From Solirubrobacterales bacterium (GTDB taxonomy: Bacteria > Actinomycetota > Thermoleophilia > Solirubrobacterales > 70-9), in contig JANWHD010000017.1 in the NCBI GenBank assembly GCA_025450585.1, forward strand, positions 33,668 through 97,667: DNA of 64,000 nt. The letters run 5' to 3'. Shown piece after piece: positions 54,552 through 63,819 of this stretch; the stretch's first letter is position 1; the number at the start of each line of letters is the position of its first letter. Made by a program: the position numbers and the translations under genes. The notes beneath the pieces were generated by a model. The model was given only the letters and a program-made list of their open reading frames with translations, ran no database searches and was not told where the DNA came from.

Positions 54552-55844
54552 ATGTATGACAAGGCGAAGATCTGGGTCGAGGGTGGGGCTGGTGGCAATG
54601 GCTGCATCAGCTTTCGGCGTGAGGCTCATGTGCCGAGAGGTGGGCCCGACGGGGGAGACGGTGGGCATGGCGGGGATGTGGTGCTTGTTTGTGCCGCTTC
54701 CAAGCGGGACCTCGCGGCGCTTAAGGGGAGCAAGCACTTCCGAGGGGGACGGGGTTCCCATGGGGAAGGCTCGAAGCGCCATGGCGCCAGGGGCGACGAG
54801 AGGGAGATCCTGGTGCCGGCGGGGACGCAGGCCGAAGCGGTCGATGGGAGCTTGGTTGACCTTGTGGAGGCTGGGCAGCGGGCGGTTGTGGCTCATGGGG
54901 GGCGTGGGGGGCACGGGAACAAGCGGTTTGCGAACTCGACGCGGCAGGCGCCCCGGTTTGCCGAGACGGGCACGAGCGGGGAGGAGGGGTGGATCGAGCT
55001 ACGGCTGAAGCTGCTCGCGGACGTGGGTCTGATCGGGCTGCCGAACGCGGGGAAGTCTTCTTTGCTCGGGCGGTTGACGCGGGCGGCCCCGAAGGTCGCC
55101 GACTACCCGTTCACGACGCTCTCGCCGGTGCTGGGGACGATCGAGAGCGACGAGCGGCAGGCGATCGTCGCCGACATCCCGGGCCTGATCGAAGGGGCGG
55201 CGGAGGGTGCAGGGCTGGGGCATGAGTTCCTCGCCCACGTCGAGCGCTGCGCGATGCTCGTCCATCTGGTCGAGCTGACGCCGCTGGAAGGCGATCCCGA
55301 GGCGAACTACGACGCGGTCCGGTCGGAGCTCTCTTCCTACGGGGCGGGACTGGACCGGCTGCCGGAGCTGGTCGTGCTCTCGAAGCGGGACCTGCTGCCT
55401 CAGGAGGAGGTCGAGGCGGCTCTGGCCGAGTGGCGATCGCGGCTCGGCGACGCAGCGATCGCCGTCATGGCCGTGTCGTCTGCAACCGGCGACGGCCTCG
55501 CCCCGCTGCGCGAGAAGATCCTCAGCACGCTGCCGGAGACCGCGCCAGCGCGACCAGAGAGTGGACCGCGGCAGCCGGCCGAATTCGAGGCCGAGCACCG
55601 CGTCTACCGGCCGGCGGGAGAGGGCGGGTACTCGGTGCAGCGCGAGGACGATGGCGCCTATCGCGTCACCGGCCGCGGCGTCGAGCTGCTCTTCGAGCGC
55701 CACGACATCAAGAACGAAGAGGCGCTCGCCTACCTCGAGCAGCGCCTCAACGAGATCGGGGTCATCGCCGCCCTGCGCGCCGCCGGCTTCGAGCCCGGCG
55801 ACGACGTCCGCGTCGGCGAGCACGAGTTCGAGCTGTATCCATAG
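54552..55844 (+). CDS. obg: GTPase Obg/CgtA
   Basis: MYDKAKIWVEGGAGGNGCISFRRE..., a Gly-rich Obg fold, the G1 motif GLPNAGKSS, and a C-terminal OCT domain. Confidence 0.95.
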   Translation: MYDKAKIWVEGGAGGNGCISFRREAHVPRGGPDGGDGGHGGDVVLVCAASKRDLAALKGSKHFRGGRGSHGEGSKRHGARGDEREILVPAGTQAEAVDGSLVDLVEAGQRAVVAHGGRGGHGNKRFANSTRQAPRFAETGTSGEEGWIELRLKLLADVGLIGLPNAGKSSLLGRLTRAAPKVADYPFTTLSPVLGTIESDERQAIVADIPGLIEGAAEGAGLGHEFLAHVERCAMLVHLVELTPLEGDPEANYDAVRSELSSYGAGLDRLPELVVLSKRDLLPQEEVEAALAEWRSRLGDAAIAVMAVSSATGDGLAPLREKILSTLPETAPARPESGPRQPAEFEAEHRVYRPAGEGGYSVQREDDGAYRVTGRGVELLFERHDIKNEEALAYLEQRLNEIGVIAALRAAGFEPGDDVRVGEHEFELYP

Positions 55845-55860
55845 GCATATTGATGCCTAT
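55841..55860. promoter_or_regulatory. AT-rich palindrome upstream of vapB (putative antitoxin operator)
   Basis: ATAGGCAT-ATTG-ATGCCTAT, followed by the TTGATATG/TTGACATATG direct repeat immediately before the vapB ATG. Confidence 0.4.
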
Positions 55861-55877
55861 TTGATATGTTTTGACAT

Positions 55878-56159
55878 ATGAGAACGACGGTACGACTCGA
55901 GAACGATCTGGCTCGGACCGCGAAGGCGCGGGCGGCGGAGCTCGGGATCACCTTCACCCAGTTGATCGACGAGTCGCTGCGTGAGCGGCTCGCGAGCCGG
56001 CCGTCACCAGCGGGGGGCGCGAGATTGCCCAAGCTTCCCACCTATGGCGAAGGGGGCCTGCGCGCCGGGGTGGACTTGACCGACAACCGCAGCCTGAGAG
56101 ACCTGATGGACGACGAGCTGCCCACCGCCAGCGGTCCAGGCGACGGATCAGCTGCGTGA
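55878..56159 (+). CDS. vapB: Ribbon-helix-helix antitoxin (VapB-like)
   Basis: MRTTVRLENDLARTAKARAAELGITFTQLIDESLRERL. Its stop overlaps the vapC start. Confidence 0.75.
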   Translation: MRTTVRLENDLARTAKARAAELGITFTQLIDESLRERLASRPSPAGGARLPKLPTYGEGGLRAGVDLTDNRSLRDLMDDELPTASGPGDGSAA

Positions 56160-56581
56160 TCCTCGCCGACGTCAATGTCCTTGTCTATGCCCATCGCAAG
56201 GATCTCTCCCAACACGAGAAATTCTCCGCTTGGCTGAAGGAGGAGATGGAATCGGGCCGCGGCTATGGGGTGTGCGACGCGAGCCTCACCGGATTTCTCC
56301 GAGTGGTCACCAACGGGCGCATTTTCTCCGATCCCACTCCATTTCCGGTCGCCCTCCGATTCGCCGAGGTCCTGCGCGACCATGCAGCCGCTATCCACGT
56401 GAACCCGGGAACCCGCCACTGGCAGCTCTTCACCGATCTGTGCGCCGCGATCGGCGCTCGTGGCAATGACATCCCCGATGCGTATCTCGCCGCTCTCGCT
56501 ATCGAGTCCGGCAGCGAGCTGGTGACGGCGGACCAGGGCTTTGGTCGCTTCCCGGGGCTACGCTGGTCGTCTCCCGCATGA
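56156..56581 (+). CDS. vapC: PIN-domain ribonuclease toxin (VapC family)
   Basis: MILADVNVLVYAH...NDIPDAYLAALAIESGSELVTADQGF, with conserved acidic residues of the PIN fold. Confidence 0.8.
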   Translation: MILADVNVLVYAHRKDLSQHEKFSAWLKEEMESGRGYGVCDASLTGFLRVVTNGRIFSDPTPFPVALRFAEVLRDHAAAIHVNPGTRHWQLFTDLCAAIGARGNDIPDAYLAALAIESGSELVTADQGFGRFPGLRWSSPA

Positions 56582-57666
56582 CGCTCATAGTCAAGCTCGG
56601 CTCCTCGATCGTCGCCGCGGACGACGGCTCCCTGCGCTCCGACGTCCTCGACTCGGTCTGCGAGCAGGTTTCGTCGCTCGAGAAGAGCGGGGAGCGGGTG
56701 GTACTGGTCACCTCCGGGGCGATCGCCCGTGGCATGCGGCTGATGGGGATGGAGGTGCGCCCGCGCTCGATGGATGAGCTGCAGGCTGCCTCGGCGGTGG
56801 GCCAGGGCGATCTCTTTCGTGCTTACGAGGGCCGGCTTGCCGAGCACGGGACCCGCGCCGCCCAGGTGTTGCTGACCGCAGCCGACATCGGGGCTCGCAC
56901 CAACTACCTAAATGCGCGCCAGACGCTGCGGCGGCTTATCGAGTGGGGCGTGGTGCCGGTCGTCAACGAGAACGACACCACCGCCACCGATGAGATCACC
57001 TTCGGCGACAACGACTTCCTCGCCGCCCAGGTGGCGATCCTGCTCGACGCCCGGCTGCTTGTGCTGCTGACGAATACGGACGGTGTCTTCATCGCCGACC
57101 CGGCGGCAGATCCAGAGGCCCAGCTGATCGCCGAGGTAGCTGATTTCGCCGAGCTGGAAGGTATGCAGATCGGCGACCGCACCTCGGTCTTCGGCTCGGG
57201 CGGCATGCGCAGCAAGGTCGCGGCAGCGGAGATGGCCAGCGAGTCGGGAGTCCCGGCAGTCATTTGCAACGGCACGAGCGGGGGCACGCTCGTCGCGGCG
57301 GCGGGTGGCGAGCCGGTCGGCACCCGCTTCGCGGCGAACGCCACACGCGCTTCGAGCTTCAAGTTGTGGCTCAAGTACGCGAAGCCCGCGCGTGGGACGC
57401 TCGTCGTGGACGAGGGCGCGGCTCGTGTGCTGCGCGAGAGCGGGTCGAGCCTGTTGCCGGTCGGGATCACCGCGGTGGAGGGCGACTTCAAGGCGGGTGA
57501 TGCGGTCGATGTCGCTGCGAACGGGTCGACCGTTGGCAAGGGGATCGTCGACTACTCGGCCGAGGAGCTTTCGCGGGTGATCGGGATGAAGAGCGCCGAG
57601 GTTCGCGAGCTGCTTCCACATGCGGCGGATGAGGTCATCCACCGAGACAGGTTCGTGTTGGTCTGA
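56578..57666 (+). CDS. proB: Glutamate 5-kinase
   Basis: IVKLGSSIV..., an amino-acid kinase fold and a C-terminal PUA domain. Confidence 0.95.
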   Translation: MTLIVKLGSSIVAADDGSLRSDVLDSVCEQVSSLEKSGERVVLVTSGAIARGMRLMGMEVRPRSMDELQAASAVGQGDLFRAYEGRLAEHGTRAAQVLLTAADIGARTNYLNARQTLRRLIEWGVVPVVNENDTTATDEITFGDNDFLAAQVAILLDARLLVLLTNTDGVFIADPAADPEAQLIAEVADFAELEGMQIGDRTSVFGSGGMRSKVAAAEMASESGVPAVICNGTSGGTLVAAAGGEPVGTRFAANATRASSFKLWLKYAKPARGTLVVDEGAARVLRESGSSLLPVGITAVEGDFKAGDAVDVAANGSTVGKGIVDYSAEELSRVIGMKSAEVRELLPHAADEVIHRDRFVLV

Positions 57667-57740
57667 GGGCCGGGAGGCCCCTCCCAAAACGCTCGGCAGG
57701 AGCCTCGCTGGAGTGTTTTGGGAGAGGCCTCCCGGCCCTC
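57665..57740 (+). repeat. Palindromic intergenic element, copy D
   Basis: GAGGGCCGGGAGGCCCCTCCC-AAAACGCTCGGCAGGAGCCTCGCTGGAGTGTTTT-GGGAGAGGCCTCCCGGCCCTC. It overlaps the proB stop codon. Confidence 0.85.
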
Positions 57741-57759
57741 ATGGCTACCCTTAGCGGTC

Positions 57760-59025
57760 ATGGCCGTCACGACGAAAACGGTTGAGGAAAGCTGTATTGC
57801 CGCTAGGCGAGCTGCGCGTGAGCTTGCGGCTGCACCGACTGCGACCAAGGACGCCGCGCTGGAGGCGGTTGCGCGATTGCTGCGCGAGCGAGCTGGGGAG
57901 ATCCTCGACGCCAATGCCGCCGATCTGGCTGACGAGCGGGCGGCTGGGCTTACTCAGGCGCTGCGGGACCGGCTGACGCTCACCGAGGAGCGGGTTGCCG
58001 CGATGGCCGAAGGGGTGAGGACGGTTGCGGCACTCGAAGACCCGGTTGGCGACGAGCTGGAGCGGAAGAGGCTGATCAGCGGGCTGGACCTGCGCAAGGT
58101 CCGGGTGCCGCTGGGCGTCGTCGCCGTGGTCTACGAGGCGCGGCCCAACGTGACGATCGACTGCGCTGCGCTGACGATCAAGAGCGGGAACGCGATCGTG
58201 CTGCGTGGCTCGAGCTACGCGGAGCGGTCCAACGGTGCGCTCGCTGCGGTCGTGCGCGAGGGTCTGGTCGAGGCTGGGCTGCCGGAGGACGCGGTTTTGC
58301 TGGTCGCCGGTGGTGGTCGCGAGGAGCTGGCGGAGCTGGCGACGCAGGACGGTCTCGTCGACTTGCTGATCCCCCGCGGAGGGGAAGGACTGAAGAACGC
58401 CCTCAAGGACGTGGCGACGGTGCCGGTGATCTACGCCGCCGCCGGCAACTGTCACGTCTACGTGCACTCCGAGGCCAATCTGGAGATGGCGCGCCGGATC
58501 GCCTACAACGCCAAGGTGCAGCGGCCGGGCGTCTGCAACGCCGCGGAGACATTGCTGGTGGATGCCGCCGTGGCCGCAGACTTCCTGCCGGACGCGCTGC
58601 GCGATCTGCACGGGGCTGGGGTCGCGCTGGTCGGCGACGAGCGGACGCGAGAGCTTGCGGGCGACGTCGAGGTCGGCGTCGCCTCCGATGAGGACTGGAG
58701 CACTGAGTATCTTGACCTGAAGATGGTGGTGGGCATCGTCGACTCCCTCGAGGAGGCGGTGGAGCACATCAACGATCACGGGACAAGTCACTCCGAGGCG
58801 ATTGTTACCTCGTCCCCGGAGGCTTCCGAGCGCTTCAGCTCCCTTGTCGACGCCGCCGTCGTTTACACCAACGCCTCGACCCGCTTCACCGACGGCTTCG
58901 AGTTCGGGATGGGTGCGGAGATCGGTAACTCAACCCAGAAGCTGCACGCGCGCGGGCCGATCGGGCTGCGCGAGCTGACGACCTACAAGTACGTCGTCCG
59001 CGGCGACGGCCAGGTACGTGAGTAG
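57760..59025 (+). CDS. proA: Gamma-glutamyl phosphate reductase
   Basis: I prefer the ATG at 57760 (MAVTTKTVEES...) because the track start at 57718 (TTG) lies inside repeat copy D. Active-site region VCNAAETLLVD. Confidence 0.9.
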   Translation: MAVTTKTVEESCIAARRAARELAAAPTATKDAALEAVARLLRERAGEILDANAADLADERAAGLTQALRDRLTLTEERVAAMAEGVRTVAALEDPVGDELERKRLISGLDLRKVRVPLGVVAVVYEARPNVTIDCAALTIKSGNAIVLRGSSYAERSNGALAAVVREGLVEAGLPEDAVLLVAGGGREELAELATQDGLVDLLIPRGGEGLKNALKDVATVPVIYAAAGNCHVYVHSEANLEMARRIAYNAKVQRPGVCNAAETLLVDAAVAADFLPDALRDLHGAGVALVGDERTRELAGDVEVGVASDEDWSTEYLDLKMVVGIVDSLEEAVEHINDHGTSHSEAIVTSSPEASERFSSLVDAAVVYTNASTRFTDGFEFGMGAEIGNSTQKLHARGPIGLRELTTYKYVVRGDGQVRE

Positions 59026-59629
59026 CTCCTCCGCCGGCGGAATCGGCGTTCTCGGATCGGCTTTCAACCCTCCGCATCTCGGCCATCTCGCCCTCGCCCA
59101 GGAGGCGCTCTGGCAGCTCGGCCTCGAGGAGGTCGTCCTGGTCCCGACCGGCGAGGCGCCGCACAAGCGGATCGCCGACGATCCCGGTCGCGAGCTGCGA
59201 TTGGCGATGACCCGCCTTGCCGCCGCCGACGATTCGCGTTTCTCGGTCTCCACCCTCGAGGTCGAGCGCGACGGGCCGTCCTACACGTATGAGACCTTGG
59301 AGCTGCTTGCAGAAGAACGTGGCGACAGGGAGCTGGTCTTCGTGATGGGGGCGGACGCCGCGGTCGGGCTGGAGAGCTGGCGCGAGCCTGGCCGGGTGAC
59401 CGAGCTGGCCCGTCTCGCGGTCGCCCGGCGCGCGGGTATCTCCGAGGCCGACGTCGCCGCCGTGATGCGCAGCCTCGGCGCCGAGGGCAGGGCGACGATG
59501 CTGGAGATGCCCCAGTTCGGCGTTTCCTCTTCCTCGGTTCGGGAGCGGGCCGCCGCCGGGAGGCCGCTGCGCTACCTGGTGCCCGAGTCGGTGGCGCGGT
59601 TCATCGAAGAGAAGGGGATGTACCGGTGA
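59018..59629 (+). CDS. nadD: Nicotinate-nucleotide adenylyltransferase
   Basis: GVLGSAFNPPHLGHLALA..., ...SSSVRE.... Confidence 0.9.
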   Translation: MSSSSAGGIGVLGSAFNPPHLGHLALAQEALWQLGLEEVVLVPTGEAPHKRIADDPGRELRLAMTRLAAADDSRFSVSTLEVERDGPSYTYETLELLAEERGDRELVFVMGADAAVGLESWREPGRVTELARLAVARRAGISEADVAAVMRSLGAEGRATMLEMPQFGVSSSSVRERAAAGRPLRYLVPESVARFIEEKGMYR

Positions 59630-60042
59630 GCCCGACCGAGGGCAAGTCCGGGGGCTCCGAGATGCTGGCACTGCGCCTGACCGGACTGGCAGATTCCAAA
59701 GCGGCGACCGAGATCGTCGCCCTCGACATGCGCAAGCTCGTCGCCTACACGGACTTCCTGGTCATCTGCACGGCGCGCAACGAACGCCAGGCACGAGCGA
59801 TCGCCGACGAGGTGAAGCTGCGCATGAAGCAGGAGGGCGGCCTGCTGCCGGCGGGTGCCGACGTGGCGGAAGCCGCCGGCTGGATCGTCCTCGATTACCT
59901 CGACTGCGTTCTGCACGTGTTCACCGAGGAGGCGCGGCAGCGCTACCAGCTCGAGGACCTCTGGCGCGAGGCGCCGCGGGTCGACCTGCAGGCTGCACAG
60001 GATGGCGTCCGGGGGCCCCTCTACGGTGCCGCGCATGGGTGA
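59626..60042 (+). CDS. rsfS: Ribosome silencing factor RsfS
   Basis: ...DMRKLVAYTDFLVICTARNERQARAIADEV...WIVLDYLDCVLHVF.... It follows nadD. Confidence 0.9.
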   Translation: MSPTEGKSGGSEMLALRLTGLADSKAATEIVALDMRKLVAYTDFLVICTARNERQARAIADEVKLRMKQEGGLLPAGADVAEAAGWIVLDYLDCVLHVFTEEARQRYQLEDLWREAPRVDLQAAQDGVRGPLYGAAHG

Positions 60043-60781
60043 CTTCAGGAGGGCGCTCTTCGGCTACCGCCGCGCCGACGTGGATGCGGCGTTGGCGGCG
60101 CGAGATGCACGGTGTTGGGCGCTCGAGCGCGACACCGAGGATGCGCTCGAGGGCTGGCGGGGCGCCGCGGATGCCGCCGCACGCGCCGAGGAGGAGCTCT
60201 CGTCGCTCTCGGCGATGGTGATCGAGCGCGAGCGCGAGATCCGTGGCCTGCGCGACCAGCTTGCCGAGGCAAGCGAGCAGCACGATCGGCGCCTCGCCTC
60301 GCTGGAGTCGGTCTCTTCGAAACTGGAGGAGATCCAGTCCCAGGCCCGCGGCCAGGCGACCCGGATCCGGATGAAGGCGCTCCACGAGGCGGTCGAAGTT
60401 GGCCGGCGGGCCCAGGAGCTGACCGAGGCCCAGGCGGGTGCCGCCGAGGGTCCGACCGTTGATACCGGCGACGCGGTGGAGCGCGCCGCCAAAGGCCTTT
60501 ACGAGGGCATCGTCAGGGTCGAGATCGGCCCTTTCGACGACTTCTCCCAGCTCGTCGGCTTCGAGGACGCGGCGGGTCAGATCGACGCGACTTCGGAGAT
60601 CTCGGTCGAGCGCTTCTCCGAGGGCCGGGCGACCATCTCGATGCACCTCGACGAACCGGTCGAGCTCCTGCGCGAGCTCGAGGAGCGTTCGCCTCTCGAC
60701 TTCCGGGTCCGCCGTACGGCAGAGGACAACCTGATCCTCGACGTGGACGACGACCCGGGCTCCGAGCAGCGCGCCGCCTAG
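60035..60781 (+). CDS. DivIVA-domain coiled-coil protein
   Basis: Internal ATG at 60035 of ORF 59855..60781. Sequence MGDFRRALFGYRRADVDAALAARD... followed by a coiled coil. Confidence 0.65.
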   Translation: MGDFRRALFGYRRADVDAALAARDARCWALERDTEDALEGWRGAADAAARAEEELSSLSAMVIEREREIRGLRDQLAEASEQHDRRLASLESVSSKLEEIQSQARGQATRIRMKALHEAVEVGRRAQELTEAQAGAAEGPTVDTGDAVERAAKGLYEGIVRVEIGPFDDFSQLVGFEDAAGQIDATSEISVERFSEGRATISMHLDEPVELLRELEERSPLDFRVRRTAEDNLILDVDDDPGSEQRAA

Positions 60782-60832
60782 GCTGCCCGGCGCGACGAGA
60801 CCAAACCCTTCGCCGCTACCCTTCGTCCCCCT

Positions 60833-60903
60833 GGCGCCCTGGCGGAGTGGTTACGCAGCGGCCTGCAAAGCCGTTTACACCGGTTCGATTCCGGTGGGCG
60901 CCT
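60833..60903 (+). tRNA. tRNA-Cys (GCA)
   Basis: Hand fold. Acceptor GGCGCCC/GGGCGCC. D-arm GCG(G)-AGTGGTT-(A)CGC. Anticodon stem GCGGC/GCCGT with loop CU-GCA-AA. T-arm ACCGG-TTCGATT-CCGGT. Discriminator U (a Cys identity element). No encoded CCA. Confidence 0.9.
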
Positions 60904-60925
60904 CTCGCTCTAGCGGCGGGAGTCC

Positions 60926-60961
60926 TTGACTTTTGACGTACGTTGTATGTACAGTCTCGAC
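60926..60961 (+). promoter_or_regulatory. Putative promoter giving a leaderless transcript of the TacA-like antitoxin gene
   Basis: TTGACT (60926-60931), an 18-nt spacer containing the palindrome ACGTACGT, then TACAGT (60950-60955). The ATG at 60962 is 6 nt downstream of the -10 element. Confidence 0.45.
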
Positions 60962-61228
60962 ATGGCAACTCCCAAGACCCAGAGGCTCAACCTTCGCATT
61001 GAGAAGGACGACGAGACTCTCTTCAAACAGGCCGCATTGGTCCATCGGGAGTCCCTGACGCAGTTTCTCGTCGAGAGCGGTCGCGAGCGAGCCGAGCGCC
61101 TGCTCGCCGACCGAACCAGCTTCAGCGTCGATTCGGACGCCTGGCAGGAGATCGCCGCCGCGATGGACCAGCCGGCAAAGGCCCGACCCGAGCTCTCTCG
61201 GCTTTTCTCGCGCCCCCGCCCTGAATAG
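60962..61228 (+). CDS. DUF1778/TacA-like antitoxin
   Basis: MATPKTQRLNLRIEKDDETLFKQAALVHRESLTQFLVESGRERAERLL.... The track start at 60926 lies in the promoter region. Confidence 0.75.
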   Translation: MATPKTQRLNLRIEKDDETLFKQAALVHRESLTQFLVESGRERAERLLADRTSFSVDSDAWQEIAAAMDQPAKARPELSRLFSRPRPE

Positions 61229-61233
61229 GCCGA

Positions 61234-61749
61234 GTGCCGCGCTTCCTCGATCCCCAGCCGCTCGGCAACGAGCATCGGATCGACGGATTCGATTGCGGGG
61301 TGGGCTCGCTGGGCATCTGGCTCGTCAAGCACGCTCGGGCGGCGGCGGGGGCAGGGTCCGCCCGTACCTACGTCGTCATGGGCACCGAGCAAGATCGGGT
61401 TGTCGGCTATCACGCGCTATCGCTTGCGTCTATCGAGCACGTCGACGCAACCGACCGGGGACGCAAGGGTACGCCGCAGCACCCGATCCCGGCCATGCTG
61501 CTGGTACGACTGGCGGTTGACAAAACGGTTCAGGGAAAGGGGATCGGAGCCTTCCTTCTGCGCGACGCGATGAGTCGCGCGCTCTCCGTGGCAGAGCAGG
61601 CGGGCATGCGTCTACTGCTCGTTCATGCTCTGAATGACCAGGCCCGTGCTTTCTACGAGCACTTCGGCTTCGAACCCTCGCCCAGCGATGCAATGAATTT
61701 GCAGCTCCTGGTCAAGGACATCAGGCTCGCGCTCGACAGTGTGGACTAG
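61234..61749 (+). CDS. GNAT toxin of the TacT/KacT type (aminoacyl-tRNA acetyltransferase family)
   Basis: ...HRIDGFDCGVGSLGIWLVKHA...RLAVDKTVQGKGIGAFLL...FYEHFGFE. It is paired with the DUF1778 gene. Confidence 0.75.
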   Translation: MPRFLDPQPLGNEHRIDGFDCGVGSLGIWLVKHARAAAGAGSARTYVVMGTEQDRVVGYHALSLASIEHVDATDRGRKGTPQHPIPAMLLVRLAVDKTVQGKGIGAFLLRDAMSRALSVAEQAGMRLLLVHALNDQARAFYEHFGFEPSPSDAMNLQLLVKDIRLALDSVD

Positions 61750-61790
61750 GCACGAGTGGCGCGGCTGCGCGCGAAACTGCTTGAGCACAG

Positions 61791-62813
61791 GTGTACATAA
61801 GTAGACTGCTCGGGGTGAGCGCATTTTGCCGGGGAATGCGTCGTCTGTCCATGGGGCTCGCGCTGGGAACGGCCGTTGCGTGTCTCTTCACGGGGACGTG
61901 GACCCCCAGGTCCGCCGACGCGGCGACCACAGTTCCGGCGAAAGCGCAGGATGCGGTCGCGTTTTGGACGGCCGACCGGATGAAACAGGCGAAGCCACTC
62001 GATGCCAGGGTGCCCGCCGGGTCTGCGATCGAGCCCCGGGAGAGGCCCGTGAGTGGGGAGGCGGGTACGCCGCACGTCTTCCCGCGGCTCGGTCCGAGCG
62101 ACGCGAGGGTGAGCTCCATGCCCGAAACGGTGCTCGATCCCACTGCCCCGGTGGCTCGTGAGCACGGCGTCGTCTTCATGGTCACCCCGTTCGGTCTCGG
62201 CCGCTGCTCGGGCACCTCGGTCAACGCGCCGAACTTCAGCGTCGTGGTGACCGCGGCGCACTGCATACACAGCGGTGGGCATCGCGGCCGCTGGATCGAC
62301 TTTCGCTGGGTTTTCGTCCCCGGCTACCGGTACGGACAGCGCCCCTTCGGGGTCTTTCCCGCGAGGTGGATCGACACGACTCGGCGCTGGCGCACGACGG
62401 GCAGCGAGAATTACGATGTCGGCGCGGCGGTCGTCTCCCGAAACGCAGGCGGTCAGCTCCTCGCCAAGGCGGTCGGCGGGGCCGGGATCGCCTGGGGCCT
62501 CGGGGCGAGGCAGGTCTTCGACATCCACGGATACCCGGCCGAATCGCCCTTCGACGGCGAAACGCAGAGCGTCTGCACCGACACCCCGTTTCTCGGCCAT
62601 GACGTGCTCTCGATCCTCTCGCCGGGCCCACTCAACCTAGCCGCCGAGTGCCGGGTCAACGGAGGCGCCTCCGGTGGCGGGTGGACGATCGGCGACGGGA
62701 TCCTCAACAGCGTCACCAATTACGGCTATACGGACGATCCGGAGACCAACTTCGGTGCTTATTTCGGCAAGGAAGTCGGGCGGCTGTTCACGCGCGCGAG
62801 GCGGGTCGAATGA
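61791..62813 (+). CDS. Secreted trypsin-like (S1 family, V8/Glu-endopeptidase-like) serine protease
   Basis: A signal peptide, the His motif VTAAHCIH, an Asp context NYDVGAAVV, and the Ser motif NGGASGGGW. Confidence 0.75.
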   Translation: MYISRLLGVSAFCRGMRRLSMGLALGTAVACLFTGTWTPRSADAATTVPAKAQDAVAFWTADRMKQAKPLDARVPAGSAIEPRERPVSGEAGTPHVFPRLGPSDARVSSMPETVLDPTAPVAREHGVVFMVTPFGLGRCSGTSVNAPNFSVVVTAAHCIHSGGHRGRWIDFRWVFVPGYRYGQRPFGVFPARWIDTTRRWRTTGSENYDVGAAVVSRNAGGQLLAKAVGGAGIAWGLGARQVFDIHGYPAESPFDGETQSVCTDTPFLGHDVLSILSPGPLNLAAECRVNGGASGGGWTIGDGILNSVTNYGYTDDPETNFGAYFGKEVGRLFTRARRVE

Positions 62814-63802
62814 CCGTGCGCGGTCGCTGGCTCTGTGCGCTTTGCCTGACGGCAGCCTTCTGCGTCACCCCGCCCACGGCCCCGGCCAACCCACTTGACA
62901 TACCGGCCGCTGTCCCGGCGAAGTTCCGGGCTCTCGTGAGGGCCCGTGTGCGCACGGCAAAGCCGCGGCACTCCTGGGAATCTCGTTTCGAGCTCGAGAC
63001 ACGGCAGGGCTACGACCTCTCCGTGGTTGCGGTCGATGACGTCGTTGGCATAGCAGTCACCAAGCACCGAGACTCGGGATCGGATCGAGGCGGGTTCTTC
63101 GAGCTCGGCGCGCCGGTCTCGACCTACATCGCACGCGGCACGGTGACGCCGCGGCGCATCGAGGCCTCATTCGGCAAGTTCGGCAGGATCGCGGTCCGGT
63201 TCCGCCCCTCCGGCCGGATAGTGCGATCGCCCCGCCGCAGTCAGTGCAAAGGGCCGGACCGGCTCACAAACCGTTTCGGCGTCTTCGCCGGCAGGGTTCG
63301 CTTCAGCGGCGAGCGGCACTACGTTGCCGTCCGTGCTCATCGCGTGAAAGGGTGGGTCCGTAGCTCGTTGCGTCTTCATTGCGGCGGGCGGCGGCTTCGC
63401 GCGCCCGGGGAGCGATACGCCCGGCCGGTCAGCGACGACCCGGCCTTCCCGTTCGACGTCCTGCAGGCCGGCTGGCGAGAGCCGCTCGCATCCACCGAGT
63501 TCCTCGCCTTCAAGATAGGCGACCGGACTCTCTACCTTGCGCTCACCGAAGAGAGCCTGGGATCGATGGCCGTGGTGCGCTACGCCCTGGCAGTTGGCCC
63601 CTCTCGGTCCTTCGCTCAGAACGAAGCCCTGACCTCGGCGACGCTGAGGCCGCCATGGCCTTTCAACCACGCCGGCTCCTATGCCGCCGCCGCCGATGGA
63701 ACGAGGACCTGGGCCGGCCATCTCTCGGTGTCGTTCCCCGGCTCGCCGCGCGTCCCGCTCGCCGGTCCGCGGTTCTGGGTCAACCTGGACTCCGGCCTGT
63801 AG
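62810..63802 (+). CDS. Hypothetical secreted protein
   Basis: The ATG at 62810 overlaps the protease stop (ATGA). Signal peptide MTVRGRWLCALCLTAAFCVTPPTAPA. Confidence 0.55.
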   Translation: MTVRGRWLCALCLTAAFCVTPPTAPANPLDIPAAVPAKFRALVRARVRTAKPRHSWESRFELETRQGYDLSVVAVDDVVGIAVTKHRDSGSDRGGFFELGAPVSTYIARGTVTPRRIEASFGKFGRIAVRFRPSGRIVRSPRRSQCKGPDRLTNRFGVFAGRVRFSGERHYVAVRAHRVKGWVRSSLRLHCGGRRLRAPGERYARPVSDDPAFPFDVLQAGWREPLASTEFLAFKIGDRTLYLALTEESLGSMAVVRYALAVGPSRSFAQNEALTSATLRPPWPFNHAGSYAAAADGTRTWAGHLSVSFPGSPRVPLAGPRFWVNLDSGL

Positions 63803-63819
63803 TCGGATAGCTTGGCCCG

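Noticed and set aside
57718-57759. Track start (TTG 57718) of proA
   Set aside because: It lies inside palindromic repeat copy D. ATG 57760 gives a normal ProA N-terminus.
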